Shown: positions 21,317 to 31,960, numbered from the stretch's first letter. The stretch is 64,000 nt of DNA from an uncultured delta proteobacterium (GCA_963815115.1 CAWFFN010000007.1:160001-224000), one strand, 5' to 3'. A program made the numbers and translations. The notes: generated from the letters alone by a model not told the origin.

Positions 21317-22270
21317 ATGGATTCCGCGTTGCTGGTCGAGCTCTACCGGCAGATGGCGCTCTGCCGGCGCTTCGAGGAGGCGGCCGCACGCGCCTACTCG
21401 CAGGGTAAGATCAGCGGCTTCCTGCACCTCGGTGTGGGGCAGGAGGCGGTCTCCGTGGGGGCCGTTTCCGGCGCGGCGCCCACCGACTACATCGTCGCCA
21501 CCTACCGCGAGCACGCCCACTACCTGGCCCGTACCGGTGACGCGCGCGGCGCGATGGCCGAGCTCTACGGACGCGCCGGCGGGTGCGTCGGGGGCCGCGG
21601 CGGCTCGATGCACCTTTTCGATGCCGGCGCGCGCTTCCTCGGTGGCTGGGCCATCGTCGGCGGCCACGTGCCGATCGCCGCCGGGGTGGCCTTCGCGTCC
21701 AAGTACCGCGCCGAGAAGGACGTCACGCTGTGCTTCTTCGGCGACGGCACGGCCAACATGGGCGCCTTCCACGAGGGGCTCGCCCTGGCGTCGCAGTGGA
21801 AGCTGCCCATCGTGTTCATCTGCGAGAACAACCAGTACGCCATGGGGACGCCGCTCTACCGCACGCTGGCCGTCGAGGACGTCGCCGTCCGCGCCCGCGG
21901 CTATCCCATCGAGGAGGAGATCGTGAACGGGGACGACGTTCTCGAGATGCGGGAGGGGGTCCGCCAGGCCGTCGAGCGCGCGCGTGCGAAGAGCCTGCCG
22001 TTCTTCCTCGAGGCGAAGACCTACCGCTTCCGCGGACACTCCATGGCCGACCCCGCCAAGTACCGCTCCAAGGACGAGGTGCAGAAGTGGATGGAGCGTG
22101 ATCCGATCAACGTCCTCGGCCATCGCATGCAGACGCTCGGCATCGCCACCCAGGAGCGCCTGAAGCAGCTCGACGACGAGGCCAAGGCCGCGGTGCAGGA
22201 CGCCGTGGCCTTCGCCGAAGCGTCGCCGCCGCCCGCGCCGGAGACGGTCCTCGAGCACGTCTATGTCTGA
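21317..22270 (+). CDS. pdhA: pyruvate dehydrogenase E1 alpha
   Basis: GFLHLGVGQEA, GGSMH, TPP motif FGDG...CENN, RFRGHSMADP. Confidence 0.93.
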   Translation: MDSALLVELYRQMALCRRFEEAAARAYSQGKISGFLHLGVGQEAVSVGAVSGAAPTDYIVATYREHAHYLARTGDARGAMAELYGRAGGCVGGRGGSMHLFDAGARFLGGWAIVGGHVPIAAGVAFASKYRAEKDVTLCFFGDGTANMGAFHEGLALASQWKLPIVFICENNQYAMGTPLYRTLAVEDVAVRARGYPIEEEIVNGDDVLEMREGVRQAVERARAKSLPFFLEAKTYRFRGHSMADPAKYRSKDEVQKWMERDPINVLGHRMQTLGIATQERLKQLDDEAKAAVQDAVAFAEASPPPAPETVLEHVYV

Positions 22271-23291
22271 GCCTTCCCGCGTCATCACCTTCCGCGAAGC
22301 GCTCCGGGAGGCCATGAGCGAGGAGATGGAGCGCGACGACGCCATCTTCCTGATGGGGGAGGAGGTCGGCCATTACAACGGCGCCTACAAGGTGTCCCAG
22401 GGCATGCTCGAGCGCTTTGGCGAGCGCCGGGTGATCGACACGCCGATCGCGGAGACCGGCTTTGCCGGTGTGGGTATCGGCGCCGCCATGATCGGCCTGC
22501 GACCGATCATCGAGTTCATGACCTGGAACTTCTCCCTGACCGCCTACGACCAGATCGTGAACAACGCCGCCAAGCTGCGCTACATGTCGAACGGCCAGTT
22601 CACCCTGCCGATCGTCTTTCGCGGTCCGGGTGGGGCGGCGCACGCGCTCGGCGCGCAGCACTCGCAGGCGCTGGAATCGCTCTATGCGCACGTTCCCGGC
22701 CTGAAGGTGGTGGTCCCGTCGACGCCGGCGGACGGCAAGGGGCTGCTGAAGGCCTCCATCCGCGACGACAATCCGGTGTGCTTCGTCGAGAGCGAGACGA
22801 TGTATGCGCTGAAGGGCGAGGTGCCCGAGGGCGAGCATGTCGTGCCGCTCGGGGTCGCGGACGTGAAGCGGCCCGGCCGCGACCTCAGCCTGATCACCTG
22901 GGGCAAGATGGTGCATGCTTCGCTCAAGGCCTCGTCGGCACTGGCCGAGGAAGGAATCGAGGTGGAGGTGCTCGATCTGCGTACGGTCCGTCCGCTCGAC
23001 GTCGATGCGGTGGTCGAGTCGGTGCGCCGCACCAAGCACTGCGTGGTCGTTCAGGAGGGATGGCCGTTCGCGGGAGTGGCCGCCGAGGTGATCGCGCTGG
23101 TGGTGCACGAGGCGTTCGACTGGCTGGATGCGCCGCCCGAGCGGGTGACGAACCTCGACGTGCCCATGCCGTACGCGCGCAACCTCGAGGACGACGTGCT
23201 GCCGTCGGCAGAGCGCATCGCGGCGACCGTGCGGCGCATGCTGGGACGGGACGCCGAGCCGGCGCTGCCGGCCGCGGCCGTCGCGCACTGA
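22263..23291 (+). CDS. pdhB: pyruvate dehydrogenase E1 beta
   Basis: DTPIAE, EFMTWNF, AQHSQ, DLRTVRPLD. Confidence 0.93.
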   Translation: MSEPSRVITFREALREAMSEEMERDDAIFLMGEEVGHYNGAYKVSQGMLERFGERRVIDTPIAETGFAGVGIGAAMIGLRPIIEFMTWNFSLTAYDQIVNNAAKLRYMSNGQFTLPIVFRGPGGAAHALGAQHSQALESLYAHVPGLKVVVPSTPADGKGLLKASIRDDNPVCFVESETMYALKGEVPEGEHVVPLGVADVKRPGRDLSLITWGKMVHASLKASSALAEEGIEVEVLDLRTVRPLDVDAVVESVRRTKHCVVVQEGWPFAGVAAEVIALVVHEAFDWLDAPPERVTNLDVPMPYARNLEDDVLPSAERIAATVRRMLGRDAEPALPAAAVAH

Positions 23292-23300
23292 GGCGTGGCG

Positions 23301-24743
23301 ATGCCGCCCGACGTTCTGATGCCGAAGCTCTCCGACACGATGGAAGAGGGCAAGATCATTCGCTGGCTCAAGCAACGCGGAGAGCCGGTCGCGATCGGTG
23401 ACATTCTCGCCGAGGTGGAGACCGACAAGGCGAACATGGAGCTCGAGGCCTTCGACGAGGGCGTGCTGGCCGAGATCCGGACGCCCGAGGGAGAGTCGGC
23501 CCCGGTGGGGGCCGTGATCGCGGTGCTCGGCGATGCCGCCGCTGCCGCCGAGGGCGCTGCCGCGTCGCGGTCGAAGGGAGTGCCCGACGAGGGGTGGCAG
23601 GACGCCGCCGCCGCACGGAAGGACGCCGCGGAGCCGAAGGACGCCCGGGTGCGCCGGCCTGCGGACGCGAAGGAACCCGATGCCGCGCGATCGGGACAGG
23701 CTGCCAAGCGTCCGGAGCCGCCCGCGCCCCAGCGTGAGCCTCCCGACGAGGAGGAGCCCGAGCCGGAGCGGCGCGAGCCGCCGGCCGATGAAGGAGAGCC
23801 CGAGCCCGCCGAGGTGCAGCACGAAGCCGCGCCGGCGGCGAAGGCGCGGCAGAGCGCCGCCGGGGACGCGGAGCCCGAGCCGCGCGTGCGGGCATCGCCG
23901 CTGGCGAAGCGCCGGGCGCGCGAGGAGGGCGTCGCGCTCGATCGGCTGCGCGGGACCGGCCCCGGCGGTCGGATCGTCGAGCGTGACGTCGCGGCGGCCG
24001 TCGCGGACGCTGCCCCGCGGCCAGCGGCTGGCCCGCCGGGGCGCCCGGTGGTGGCGCCGACGGGACGACGGGTCGAGCCCGGCAAGATGCGCCAGACGAC
24101 GGCCAGGCGCGTGGCGGAGGCGAAGCGCGACATCCCGCACTTCTACGCCAGCAGCGACGTTCCGATGGACGAGTGCGCGCGTTTGAAGGAGGGACTCGCC
24201 GAGCTCGGTGGGGAGTACGACGGGATCACCTATACCCACCTCGTGCTCAAGGCCGTCGGCCTGGCCCTGCGGCGCGTGCCCGAGATGAACGCCAGCCTCG
24301 ACGGCGACGCCATCGTCCTGCACGAGACGGTCCACGTCGGTCTCGCGACCGCGGTGGACGACGGGCTGATCGTGCCGGTCGTGCGCGACTGCGATCGTCA
24401 GCCGCTCGGCATGCTGGTCGCGCAGGTGCGCGGCCTGGTCGGGCGCGCACGCGCCGGCAAGTTCGCTGCAGACGATCTGCGCGGCGGCACGTTCACGGTC
24501 TCCAACCTGGGCATGTACCCGGTGTCGCACTTCGCCGCGGTGGTGAATCCGCCCCAGGCCGCCATCCTCGCGGTGGGCGCGGTGCGCGCCGTCCCGGTGG
24601 TGCGCGCCGGGGAGGTGGTCCCCGGCCAGGTCATGACGGTGACCCTGTCCTGTGACCACCGCATCGTCGACGGCGTGCTGGCCGGGCGTTTCCTGCGCGA
24701 GCTGGTATCGCTCCTGGGTTCCCCGCTCGCCCTGGTGGCCTAG
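23301..24743 (+). CDS. pdhC: dihydrolipoamide acetyltransferase E2
   Basis: lipoyl ETDKA, E3-binding RASPLA...GTGPGGRI, catalytic DHRIVDG; long acidic Pro/Glu linker. Confidence 0.92.
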   Translation: MPPDVLMPKLSDTMEEGKIIRWLKQRGEPVAIGDILAEVETDKANMELEAFDEGVLAEIRTPEGESAPVGAVIAVLGDAAAAAEGAAASRSKGVPDEGWQDAAAARKDAAEPKDARVRRPADAKEPDAARSGQAAKRPEPPAPQREPPDEEEPEPERREPPADEGEPEPAEVQHEAAPAAKARQSAAGDAEPEPRVRASPLAKRRAREEGVALDRLRGTGPGGRIVERDVAAAVADAAPRPAAGPPGRPVVAPTGRRVEPGKMRQTTARRVAEAKRDIPHFYASSDVPMDECARLKEGLAELGGEYDGITYTHLVLKAVGLALRRVPEMNASLDGDAIVLHETVHVGLATAVDDGLIVPVVRDCDRQPLGMLVAQVRGLVGRARAGKFAADDLRGGTFTVSNLGMYPVSHFAAVVNPPQAAILAVGAVRAVPVVRAGEVVPGQVMTVTLSCDHRIVDGVLAGRFLRELVSLLGSPLALVA

Positions 24744-24791
24744 TGGTGATCTAGTGCGGGACTGCCCGCGGCCGCCGCGCTGACCCGAGCC

Positions 24792-26189
24792 ATGGCCGAG
24801 CGAGAGCTGGATCTGGTGGTGATCGGCGCGGGACCCGGCGGCTACGTCGCCGCGATCCGGGCGGCCCAGCTCGGCGTGCGGACCGCGGTCGTGGAGCAGG
24901 AGCGCGCGGGAGGGGTGTGCGGCAACTGGGGGTGCATCCCGTCCAAGGCGATTCTGGCCGACGCCGAGCTCTACCGGGAGCTGCGTCACGGTGGGTCGCG
25001 AGGGATCGTCGCCGACGGCCTGCGGGTCGACTTCGCTCGCGTGCTCGCGCGCAGCCGCGCCGTGGCGGAGAAGCAAGCGAAGGGCGTCGAGTCCCTCTTC
25101 CGCAAGCACCACATCGACCTCGTGCAGGGACGCGGCCGACCCGTGCGGGGCGGCGTCGAGGTGACGAGTGGTGGCGCGGCGCCCGAGCGTCTCGCCGCGC
25201 GCCACGTCCTGCTCGCCACCGGAAGCCGGGAGCGCATGCTGCCCGGTCTCGCGATCGACGGCAGGGTCGTGCAGACGAGTCGTGAGGCGCTCGACGATCC
25301 GCGACTGCCCGCCTCGATCGTGGTGATCGGAGGCGGTGCGGTCGGCGTCGAGCTCGCATATGCCTACGCGAGCTTCGGAAGTCGCGTCACGGTGGTGGAG
25401 ATGGCCGAGAACCTGCTGCCCGGCATGGACGTCGACCTGGGGCGCGAGCTGGCGCGCTGCTTTCACCGGCAAGGGGTGGAGGTGCTCGTCGGGCATCGCT
25501 TCGAGCGACTGGAGTACGAGGGCGAAGGGGCTCGCGTCACGATGAGCGCGGAATCGGGGTCCCGCACCCTGACCGCGCAACGGGTGCTGGTTGCCGTCGG
25601 TCGCGCGCCGCTCACCGACGGGCTCGCGCTGGACGGGCTGGGCGTGCGCACCGAGCGCGGCTTCGTCGCCGTCGACGGCACGATGCGCACGAGTGCGCCG
25701 GGGCTCTTCGCCATCGGCGATCTCGTCGGCCCCCTGCTCCTGGCGCACGCCGCGTCGGCGCAGGGGATCGTCGCGGCGGAGGCGATCGCGGGGCAGCGCA
25801 ACGACGCGCGCGGGGTCGACCCGGCGCGCATCCCGATGTGCGTGTACTGCCAGCCCGAGGTGGCATCCGTCGGACTCACGGAAGAGCAAGCGCGCGCTCG
25901 TGGCCCGGTCAAGGTGGGCAAGGTGCCGTTCCGCGCGCTCGGCAAGGCGATCGCGACCGGGCGCACGGAGGGGTTCGTCAAGGTCGTCGTCGGCGCGCGT
26001 CACGGCGAGATCCTCGGCGCCCACCTCATCGGTCACGGCGTGACCGAGCTGGTGGGGGAGGCCGGGCTGGCGCTCGCGCTCGAGGCCACCACCCGCGAGC
26101 TGCGCGAGACCGTGCACGCGCATCCCACCCTCTCCGAGGCGCTGCGGGAGGCCGCACTTGCGGCGCAAGGCGAGGCGGTCAACATATGA
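24792..26189 (+). CDS. lpdA: dihydrolipoamide dehydrogenase
   Basis: GAGPGGY, GGVCGNWGCIPSK, HAHPTLSE. Confidence 0.95.
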   Translation: MAERELDLVVIGAGPGGYVAAIRAAQLGVRTAVVEQERAGGVCGNWGCIPSKAILADAELYRELRHGGSRGIVADGLRVDFARVLARSRAVAEKQAKGVESLFRKHHIDLVQGRGRPVRGGVEVTSGGAAPERLAARHVLLATGSRERMLPGLAIDGRVVQTSREALDDPRLPASIVVIGGGAVGVELAYAYASFGSRVTVVEMAENLLPGMDVDLGRELARCFHRQGVEVLVGHRFERLEYEGEGARVTMSAESGSRTLTAQRVLVAVGRAPLTDGLALDGLGVRTERGFVAVDGTMRTSAPGLFAIGDLVGPLLLAHAASAQGIVAAEAIAGQRNDARGVDPARIPMCVYCQPEVASVGLTEEQARARGPVKVGKVPFRALGKAIATGRTEGFVKVVVGARHGEILGAHLIGHGVTELVGEAGLALALEATTRELRETVHAHPTLSEALREAALAAQGEAVNI

Positions 26190-26863
26190 GCGTGGAGCTT
26201 CGCATCGGGCGCTGCGGGCGCGTGCCGTACGAGACCGCGCTCCGCTGGCAGGAGGCGCTGGTCGCGCGCCGGCTCGACGGCGGCAGGGACACGTTGCTGA
26301 TCCTGGAGCATCCGCCCGTCTACACGCTGGGCCGCGGTGCGGACGCACGCTTTCTCGGCGCCGCGGCGAGCGGTGACATCCCCGTGGTACGGGTCGGCCG
26401 GGGCGGGCAAGTCACGTACCATGGTCCCGGACAGCTCGTGGGATACCCGATCGTCGGCCTCCGGGATCTCCGGCCCGACGTGCGCTGGTACGTACGCGGA
26501 CTCGAGGAGGTTCTGATCGACTCGCTCGCCGACATGGGGGTCGCCGCCACGCGGCGCCCCGGCCTGACGGGTGTGTGGGTCGGCAGGCGCAAGATCGCCT
26601 CGATCGGGGTCGGGATCCGGCGCTGGGTCACCTCGCACGGGTTCGCACTGAACGTGGCACACGATGTGTCGGGATTCGCCGCGATCACGCCCTGCGGCCT
26701 GGACGGTGTGGTGATGACGTCGGTCGCAGGCGAGGGCGGTCCCTCCGCCGTGGAGGACGTCGCCGACGTCGTCGTGCGTCGCTTCATGCGGCACTTCGGA
26801 TACACGATGTCGAGCGCCCTGGACCTGTTCCCCGAGGCGGTCCACCCGGAGCAACGGCCGTGA
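26186..26863 (+). CDS. lipB: lipoyl(octanoyl) transferase
   Basis: EHPPVYTLG, RGGQVTYHGPGQ, KIASIG, HGFALN, PCG. Confidence 0.95.
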   Translation: MSVELRIGRCGRVPYETALRWQEALVARRLDGGRDTLLILEHPPVYTLGRGADARFLGAAASGDIPVVRVGRGGQVTYHGPGQLVGYPIVGLRDLRPDVRWYVRGLEEVLIDSLADMGVAATRRPGLTGVWVGRRKIASIGVGIRRWVTSHGFALNVAHDVSGFAAITPCGLDGVVMTSVAGEGGPSAVEDVADVVVRRFMRHFGYTMSSALDLFPEAVHPEQRP

Positions 26864-27747
26864 GCACCGGGAATACGGCGCCAGTTTCCCGCCACCCGCC
26901 CTGGCTCAAGGTTCGGATGCCCGCGGGGCCCGGGTTCCTCGAGACGCGGGCCGTGGTGAAGCAGCTCGGGTTACACACGGTCTGCGAGGAAGCGCGCTGT
27001 CCGAACCTCGGCGAGTGCTGGGGCCACCAGACCGCCACGTTCATGCTCCTCGGCGACACGTGCACCCGGAACTGCGGCTTCTGCGCCGTCACCCATGGCC
27101 GGCCGCTGGTGGTCGACGCCGACGAGCCGCAGCGGGTGGCTCGCGCGGTGTCGCGACTCGGGTTGCGGCACGTCGTCGTGACGTCGGTCAACCGCGACGA
27201 CCTGCCGGACGGGGGGGCCGCGCACTTCGCGGCCACGGCCAGAGCGATCAGGGATATGGTTCCGAGCACCCGCATCGAGGTCCTCGTGCCCGACTTCCAG
27301 GGAGATCACGACGCGGTGCGCACCGTCGTCGAGTCGCCGATCGACATCCTGAACCACAACCTCGAGACCGTCCCGCGCCTGTACAAGCGTGTACGGCCCG
27401 GGGCTCGCTACGAACGCTCGCTCGACCTGCTCGCCGAGGCGAGACGGGTTCGATCGGGCTGTCTCACTAAGGCCGGTCTGATGCTCGGGCTCGGCGAGTC
27501 GCGGCAGGAGTTGAAGCGTGTGTTTGGCGACTTACGAGCGGTCGACTGTGACATCCTGACTCTGGGCCAGTATCTTCGGCCCTCACAGGCGCATCTGCCG
27601 GTGGAGCGCTACGTGCCTCCAGAAGAGTTCGGCTCCCTCAAGGATGAGGCGTTGACGATTGGATTCCGCCACGTCGAGTCGGGGCCGCTGGTGCGAAGCT
27701 CTTATCACGCATGGGCGCACGTTCCCGAAGAAACTCGGGAAAAATGA
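26860..27747 (+). CDS. lipA: lipoyl synthase
   Basis: CEEARCPNLGEC, CTRNCGFC, VRSSY. Confidence 0.96.
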   Translation: MSTGNTAPVSRHPPWLKVRMPAGPGFLETRAVVKQLGLHTVCEEARCPNLGECWGHQTATFMLLGDTCTRNCGFCAVTHGRPLVVDADEPQRVARAVSRLGLRHVVVTSVNRDDLPDGGAAHFAATARAIRDMVPSTRIEVLVPDFQGDHDAVRTVVESPIDILNHNLETVPRLYKRVRPGARYERSLDLLAEARRVRSGCLTKAGLMLGLGESRQELKRVFGDLRAVDCDILTLGQYLRPSQAHLPVERYVPPEEFGSLKDEALTIGFRHVESGPLVRSSYHAWAHVPEETREK

Positions 27748-27822
27748 CACTTTTTTGCCCCGGGAACATTGCACGGGCGCCGGTTTTCACATACCGTGCC
27801 GTTCCGCTGAGGAGGCGCCCCC

Positions 27823-28431
27823 ATGCTCAAACTGTACGATTATCCCGACTGCCCGTTCTGCCAGAAGGTGCGGGTGGTCCTGGCGGAGAAGGACCTCGAG
27901 TACGAGAAGGTGTTCGTCGATCTGCGCAAGCAGGACCAGAAAACCGCTGAATTCCTGCGGATGAACCCCTATGGCAAAGTCCCGGTTCTGGAAGACGAGG
28001 ACGAGGTCATCTACGATTCGACGGTCATCAACGAGTATCTGGAGGACGAGTACCCTCTTCCGCGGTTGATGCCCGAGGATTCGCAGGCGCGTGCCAAGGT
28101 CCGTCTCCTCGAGGACTACTGCGACAACTCGTTCATCCCCCCGACGACGATGCTTCTCGCGCAGCTGCGCAAGCCCGAGGCGGAGCGGGATGGACAGCGC
28201 GTCGAGCAGGCCCGCGACGAGCTCCGGCGGTGCCTCTACTTCCTGCGAGACAAGCTCGACAGCGGCGAGTACCTGGTCGGTCCCGAGTTCACGCTCGCCG
28301 ACGCCGCGTTCGCTCCTCGGATGATGGTGCTCGGACGCCTGGGCTTCGAGTTCGAGCCCGCGCTGGCCCCGGTGCAGGCGTGGCTCGATCGCATCCGCTC
28401 GCGGCCCAGCGTGCGCGGTCTGGGACTCTAG
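27823..28431 (+). CDS. glutathione S-transferase family protein
   Basis: CPFC, NPYGKVPVL, DSTVINEYLE, FTLAD. Confidence 0.9.
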   Translation: MLKLYDYPDCPFCQKVRVVLAEKDLEYEKVFVDLRKQDQKTAEFLRMNPYGKVPVLEDEDEVIYDSTVINEYLEDEYPLPRLMPEDSQARAKVRLLEDYCDNSFIPPTTMLLAQLRKPEAERDGQRVEQARDELRRCLYFLRDKLDSGEYLVGPEFTLADAAFAPRMMVLGRLGFEFEPALAPVQAWLDRIRSRPSVRGLGL

Positions 28432-28445
28432 TCGCGCGGCCAACA

Positions 28446-28488
28446 TTGACAGGATCGCTGCGTCCTGCCACTAGGAATCGTTCCTAGT
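28446..28488 (+). promoter_or_regulatory. rubrerythrin-operon promoter (-35 TTGACA) with 8-3-8 palindromic operator ACTAGGAA-TCG-TTCCTAGT
   Basis: TTGACA at 28446-28451; perfect inverted repeat at 28470-28488 over the expected -10 region; Fur-family gene in the operon. Confidence 0.7.
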
Positions 28489-28536
28489 ACAGCTCGAAAC
28501 TGGATGGGACATCGTCCCGCCCGGGAGGCAGAGGCC

Positions 28537-28965
28537 ATGGCGAAGGCGCTGAAGGGCACGAAGACGCACGAGAACTTGAAGGAGGCGTTCCGGGGCGAGT
28601 CGCAGGCGAACCGGCGCTACCTGTACTTCGCGCGGCGCGCGGACATCGAAGGCTATCCCGACATCGGCGGTCTGTTCCGCGACACGTCCGAGGCCGAGAC
28701 CGGACACGCCTTCGGACATCTCGACTTCCTGAAGGAAGTGGGCGATCCGGCGACCGAGGAGCCTTTCGGATCGACCGAGCAGAACCTCAAGTCCGCCGTC
28801 GCGGGCGAAACCTACGAGTTCACGCAGATGTATCCCGGGTTCGCGAAGGCGGCGCGCGAAGAGGGATTCGACGAGATCGCCGAATGGTTCGAGACGCTCG
28901 CCAAGGCCGAGAAGTCGCACGCCGGCCGCTTCAGCAAGGGGCTCCAGGGCTTGAGCCTCGGGTGA
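28537..28965 (+). CDS. short rubrerythrin lacking a rubredoxin domain
   Basis: [24 protein letters not shown] di-iron motifs. Confidence 0.92.
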   Translation: MAKALKGTKTHENLKEAFRGESQANRRYLYFARRADIEGYPDIGGLFRDTSEAETGHAFGHLDFLKEVGDPATEEPFGSTEQNLKSAVAGETYEFTQMYPGFAKAAREEGFDEIAEWFETLAKAEKSHAGRFSKGLQGLSLG

Positions 28966-30240
28966 GTGCAGATCGCGCGGCAGATCGCGGCGCCGGAGTT
29001 CCGTGATCCGGCAGCCCTGGCCGCCGAGTCGCAGCGGGTCTACGACATCTGCGCCGGCTGCCGGCGCTGTTACAATCTCTGCCCGTCGTTCACCCACCTG
29101 CTCGACACCATCGATGAGCATCACGACGGCGACGGGACGGCGCTCGCCGCTGGCGAGGAGCGTGAGGTCGTCGACCTCTGCTTCTCGTGTCAACTCTGCT
29201 ATCCCCACTGCCCCTACACACCGCCGCACCGCTGGGCCGTGGATTTCCCGCGCCTCATGCTGCGTGCGCGCGTGACCCGTGCGACCGCCGAGGGCATCCC
29301 GCTGCGGGAGCGCCTCCTCGGCAATCCGGAGCTGCTCGGGAACCTCGCCTGCCGGATGCCGGCGCTGGCGAACTGGGCGAACGGCAACCGCGTCCTGCGT
29401 GCGCTGGCGGAACGCTGGCTCGGCATCGACCGGCGGCGCCGCCTGCCGCGGTATGGCGAACGGTTCAGCGTGTGGTTCCGCCGCCAGGTCGCCCCGCCCG
29501 GTGTCGGCACGAGCGGGAAGGTCGCGCTCTTCTACACCACGCCGGTGGAGTACAACGCCGCCGACACGGGCAAGGCCGCGGTGCGGGTGCTGTGGCGCAA
29601 CCGCCTCGAGGTCGTGTGTCCGCCGCAGCGTTGCTGTGGCATGCCCGCGCTCGACGCGGGCGACGTGCCGGCGGCGGTGCGGCGCGCGCGCTTCAACCTC
29701 GAGCATCTCGGCCGTGCGATCGACGCCGGCTGCGACGTCGTGGTGCCGGGCCCGACCTGCAGCCGCATGCTGAAGCAGGAGTACCCGTTGCTGGTGCCGG
29801 GGGCGGAGGCGGAACGCGTCGCGGCGCGCGTGTTCGACCTCGGGGAGTACCTGGCGCGACTGAACGCGGCGGGACGGCTCGATCGGCGATTCGGCCAGGG
29901 GCTCGGGCGGGTGGCCTATCATGCGCCGTGCCATCTCCGCGTTCAGGAGATCGGCTTCAAGGCGCGCGACCTGCTCCGGCTGGTGCCGGACACCTCGGTC
30001 GAGGTGTTCGAGCGCTGCACCGGGATGGACGGGACGTGGGGCTTCAAGCGGGAGTTCTTTGACGAATCCGTTCGCGTGGCGCGGCCGCTCCTGCACGAGC
30101 TCGGCGAGATGGCTCCGTCTGTCATCGTGTCCGACTGCCCGCTGGCAGCGCTCCAGCTCGAGCAGCAGCGGGGCCAGCGGGTGTACCATCCCGTCGAGGC
30201 GCTCGACGCGGCCTACGGGGGCACGCCGCTGCCGGCGTGA
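28966..30240 (+). CDS. rubrerythrin-associated Fe-S oxidoreductase (GlpC/HdrD-like, CCG domains)
   Basis: [33 protein letters not shown]. Confidence 0.88.
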   Translation: MQIARQIAAPEFRDPAALAAESQRVYDICAGCRRCYNLCPSFTHLLDTIDEHHDGDGTALAAGEEREVVDLCFSCQLCYPHCPYTPPHRWAVDFPRLMLRARVTRATAEGIPLRERLLGNPELLGNLACRMPALANWANGNRVLRALAERWLGIDRRRRLPRYGERFSVWFRRQVAPPGVGTSGKVALFYTTPVEYNAADTGKAAVRVLWRNRLEVVCPPQRCCGMPALDAGDVPAAVRRARFNLEHLGRAIDAGCDVVVPGPTCSRMLKQEYPLLVPGAEAERVAARVFDLGEYLARLNAAGRLDRRFGQGLGRVAYHAPCHLRVQEIGFKARDLLRLVPDTSVEVFERCTGMDGTWGFKREFFDESVRVARPLLHELGEMAPSVIVSDCPLAALQLEQQRGQRVYHPVEALDAAYGGTPLPA

Positions 30241-30866
30241 TGCAGATGGATCCCATCCGGCTCGAGGAGATACTGGGGCGCGAGCGGTACGGAGCGATGC
30301 GTGAGGCGGTCCGCCGCCGGGTCATCGAGCACAAGCGCAGCCGCCGGGTGACGGTCGGCGACCGCATCTCGCTCCTCTTCGAAGATCGGGCCACGGTGTG
30401 GTACCAGACGCAGGAGATGATCTGGGTCGAGCACATCACCGACCTGGATGCGATCCGCGCGGAGCTCTCCGTGTACGGGGCGCTGCTGCCCCGCCCCTCG
30501 GAGGTGTCGGCCACCCTGCTCATCGAGATCGCCGACCAGGCGCACATCCGCGAGGCGCTGGCGCAGCTCCTCGGCATCGACCGCCACGTCTGGCTGGAGG
30601 TGGGATCGGAGCACCGCGTGCCCGCCGTCTTCGACGAGGGCCGGCAGACGGCAGAGAAGCTGTCGGCCGTGCAGTTCGTGCGCTTCGCGCTCGACGCGAA
30701 GGCCGAGCATGACGCCCTGGCCGGGGCACCGCTCGCCGTCGCGGTCGACCACCCGGCGTATCGGCATCGTACGGTGCTCTCCGACGACGTGCGCCGGAGC
30801 CTGGTCGCGGACCTGACCGACGCGGGCGCCGCCGAGGAGGCGCTGCGGCGGGTGCGAGATGGCTGA
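30237..30866 (+). CDS. DUF3501 family protein
   Basis: FEDRATVWYQTQEM, SATLLIEI, KLSAVQFVRF; typical partner of short rubrerythrin. Confidence 0.85.
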   Translation: MMQMDPIRLEEILGRERYGAMREAVRRRVIEHKRSRRVTVGDRISLLFEDRATVWYQTQEMIWVEHITDLDAIRAELSVYGALLPRPSEVSATLLIEIADQAHIREALAQLLGIDRHVWLEVGSEHRVPAVFDEGRQTAEKLSAVQFVRFALDAKAEHDALAGAPLAVAVDHPAYRHRTVLSDDVRRSLVADLTDAGAAEEALRRVRDG

Positions 30867-31263
30867 GGGGACGCGCGAGAGACGACGCAGCACGATGCAG
30901 CTCGCGGTCGTGCTCCACGACGTGCAGAGCTCGGGCACCGAACACCCGACGGCCGAGCATATCTACGAGCGCGTGCGGCGCATCCTGCCGTCGATCAGCC
31001 TCGGAACGGTGTACCGCAACCTGCAGCGCCTGGTGCAGGAGGGACGGATCGGCGCGGCGCAGCTCGGCGCCCGCTCGCTGCACTACGACCCGACCCCCGA
31101 CGCGCACGATCACTTCGTGTGCCAGCAGTGTGGCCGGGTCGAGGATCTGATGGAGAGCGCTCCCGAGCCCGCGCGCCAGGCGGCACATCACGCCGGGCAC
31201 GACGTCACCTCGCACACGCTCGTTCTCTTCGGACGCTGCCGCGAGTGCCGGGAGTCGGCATGA
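30859..31263 (+). CDS. Fur-family regulator (PerR-like)
   Basis: HPTAE, SLGTVYRNL, HDHFVCQQCG, CREC. Confidence 0.9.
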   Translation: MAEGTRERRRSTMQLAVVLHDVQSSGTEHPTAEHIYERVRRILPSISLGTVYRNLQRLVQEGRIGAAQLGARSLHYDPTPDAHDHFVCQQCGRVEDLMESAPEPARQAAHHAGHDVTSHTLVLFGRCRECRESA

Positions 31264-31904
31264 GGCTGCCCGACATCATTCCGCTCTTTCCCTTGCCGAA
31301 CGTGGTCTTTTTCCCACGCATGCCGCTGCCGCTGCACATCTTCGAGCCGCGCTACCGTGCCATGGTGCGCGACGCCGTGCGCGGGCCGCGGTTGATCGGC
31401 ATGGTGCTGCTGCGGGGCGACTGGGAGAAGGACTACGCGGGCGCGCCCGAGATCTTCGGCGTCGGCACGGTAGGCGAGCTGGCCCGCATGGACGAGCTGC
31501 CCGACGGGCGCTTCGACATCGTGCTGCGCGGGTTGCGCGAGTTCGTGATCCATCGCGAGCTCACCCGCTCGCCGTACCGCGAGGCGGTGGTCAGCTGGCG
31601 TGAGCCCCCGCGCGACGCCCTCGGTGCGGACATGCGAGCGGGGATCGGGGACGTCGTGCTGCGCTACCTCCGGCGCACCGGCCGCGCGGCGGAGCAGGCG
31701 AGCCTGGTCGAGAGCGGCATCGACGACGAGACCTTCGTCAACTTCCTCGCCCAGCACCTCGACCTCGACCCGCTCGAGAAGCAGGCACTGCTGGAGGCTC
31801 GTGACCTCGCCGGGCGCGGCCGCCGCCTCCTCGACGTGCTCGAGTTCCGGCTCGAGGAGCTGCGCCTCGATCCGGGCGGGCGCGGCGTACGCCGGGCGCA
31901 TTGA
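31260..31904 (+). CDS. LON peptidase substrate-binding domain protein
   Basis: IPLFPLPNVVFFP, LPLHIFEPRY, EKQALLE. Confidence 0.88.
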   Translation: MRLPDIIPLFPLPNVVFFPRMPLPLHIFEPRYRAMVRDAVRGPRLIGMVLLRGDWEKDYAGAPEIFGVGTVGELARMDELPDGRFDIVLRGLREFVIHRELTRSPYREAVVSWREPPRDALGADMRAGIGDVVLRYLRRTGRAAEQASLVESGIDDETFVNFLAQHLDLDPLEKQALLEARDLAGRGRRLLDVLEFRLEELRLDPGGRGVRRAH

Positions 31905-31960
31905 GCGTGGCGGCGCCGCCTGTAGCAGCGGCTGGCGGGGGGTGCTAGGGTCGCCGCCCA

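Noticed and set aside
23540-23885. Repetitive GAGCCCGAGCC segments in pdhC
   Set aside because: They encode the normal Pro/Glu/Ala-rich flexible linker of E2; not an independent repeat element.
22107-26348. 1413-aa minus-strand ORF across the pdh operon, and similar long antisense ORFs (2085-4253, 14236-16767)
   Set aside because: Antisense shadows of well-supported genes; Arg/Ala/Gly-rich with no domain signal.
28537-30866. Rubrerythrin-Fe-S oxidoreductase-DUF3501 as a novel system
   Set aside because: Already described as the aerobic-type rubrerythrin cluster; only the operator is reported as a finding.
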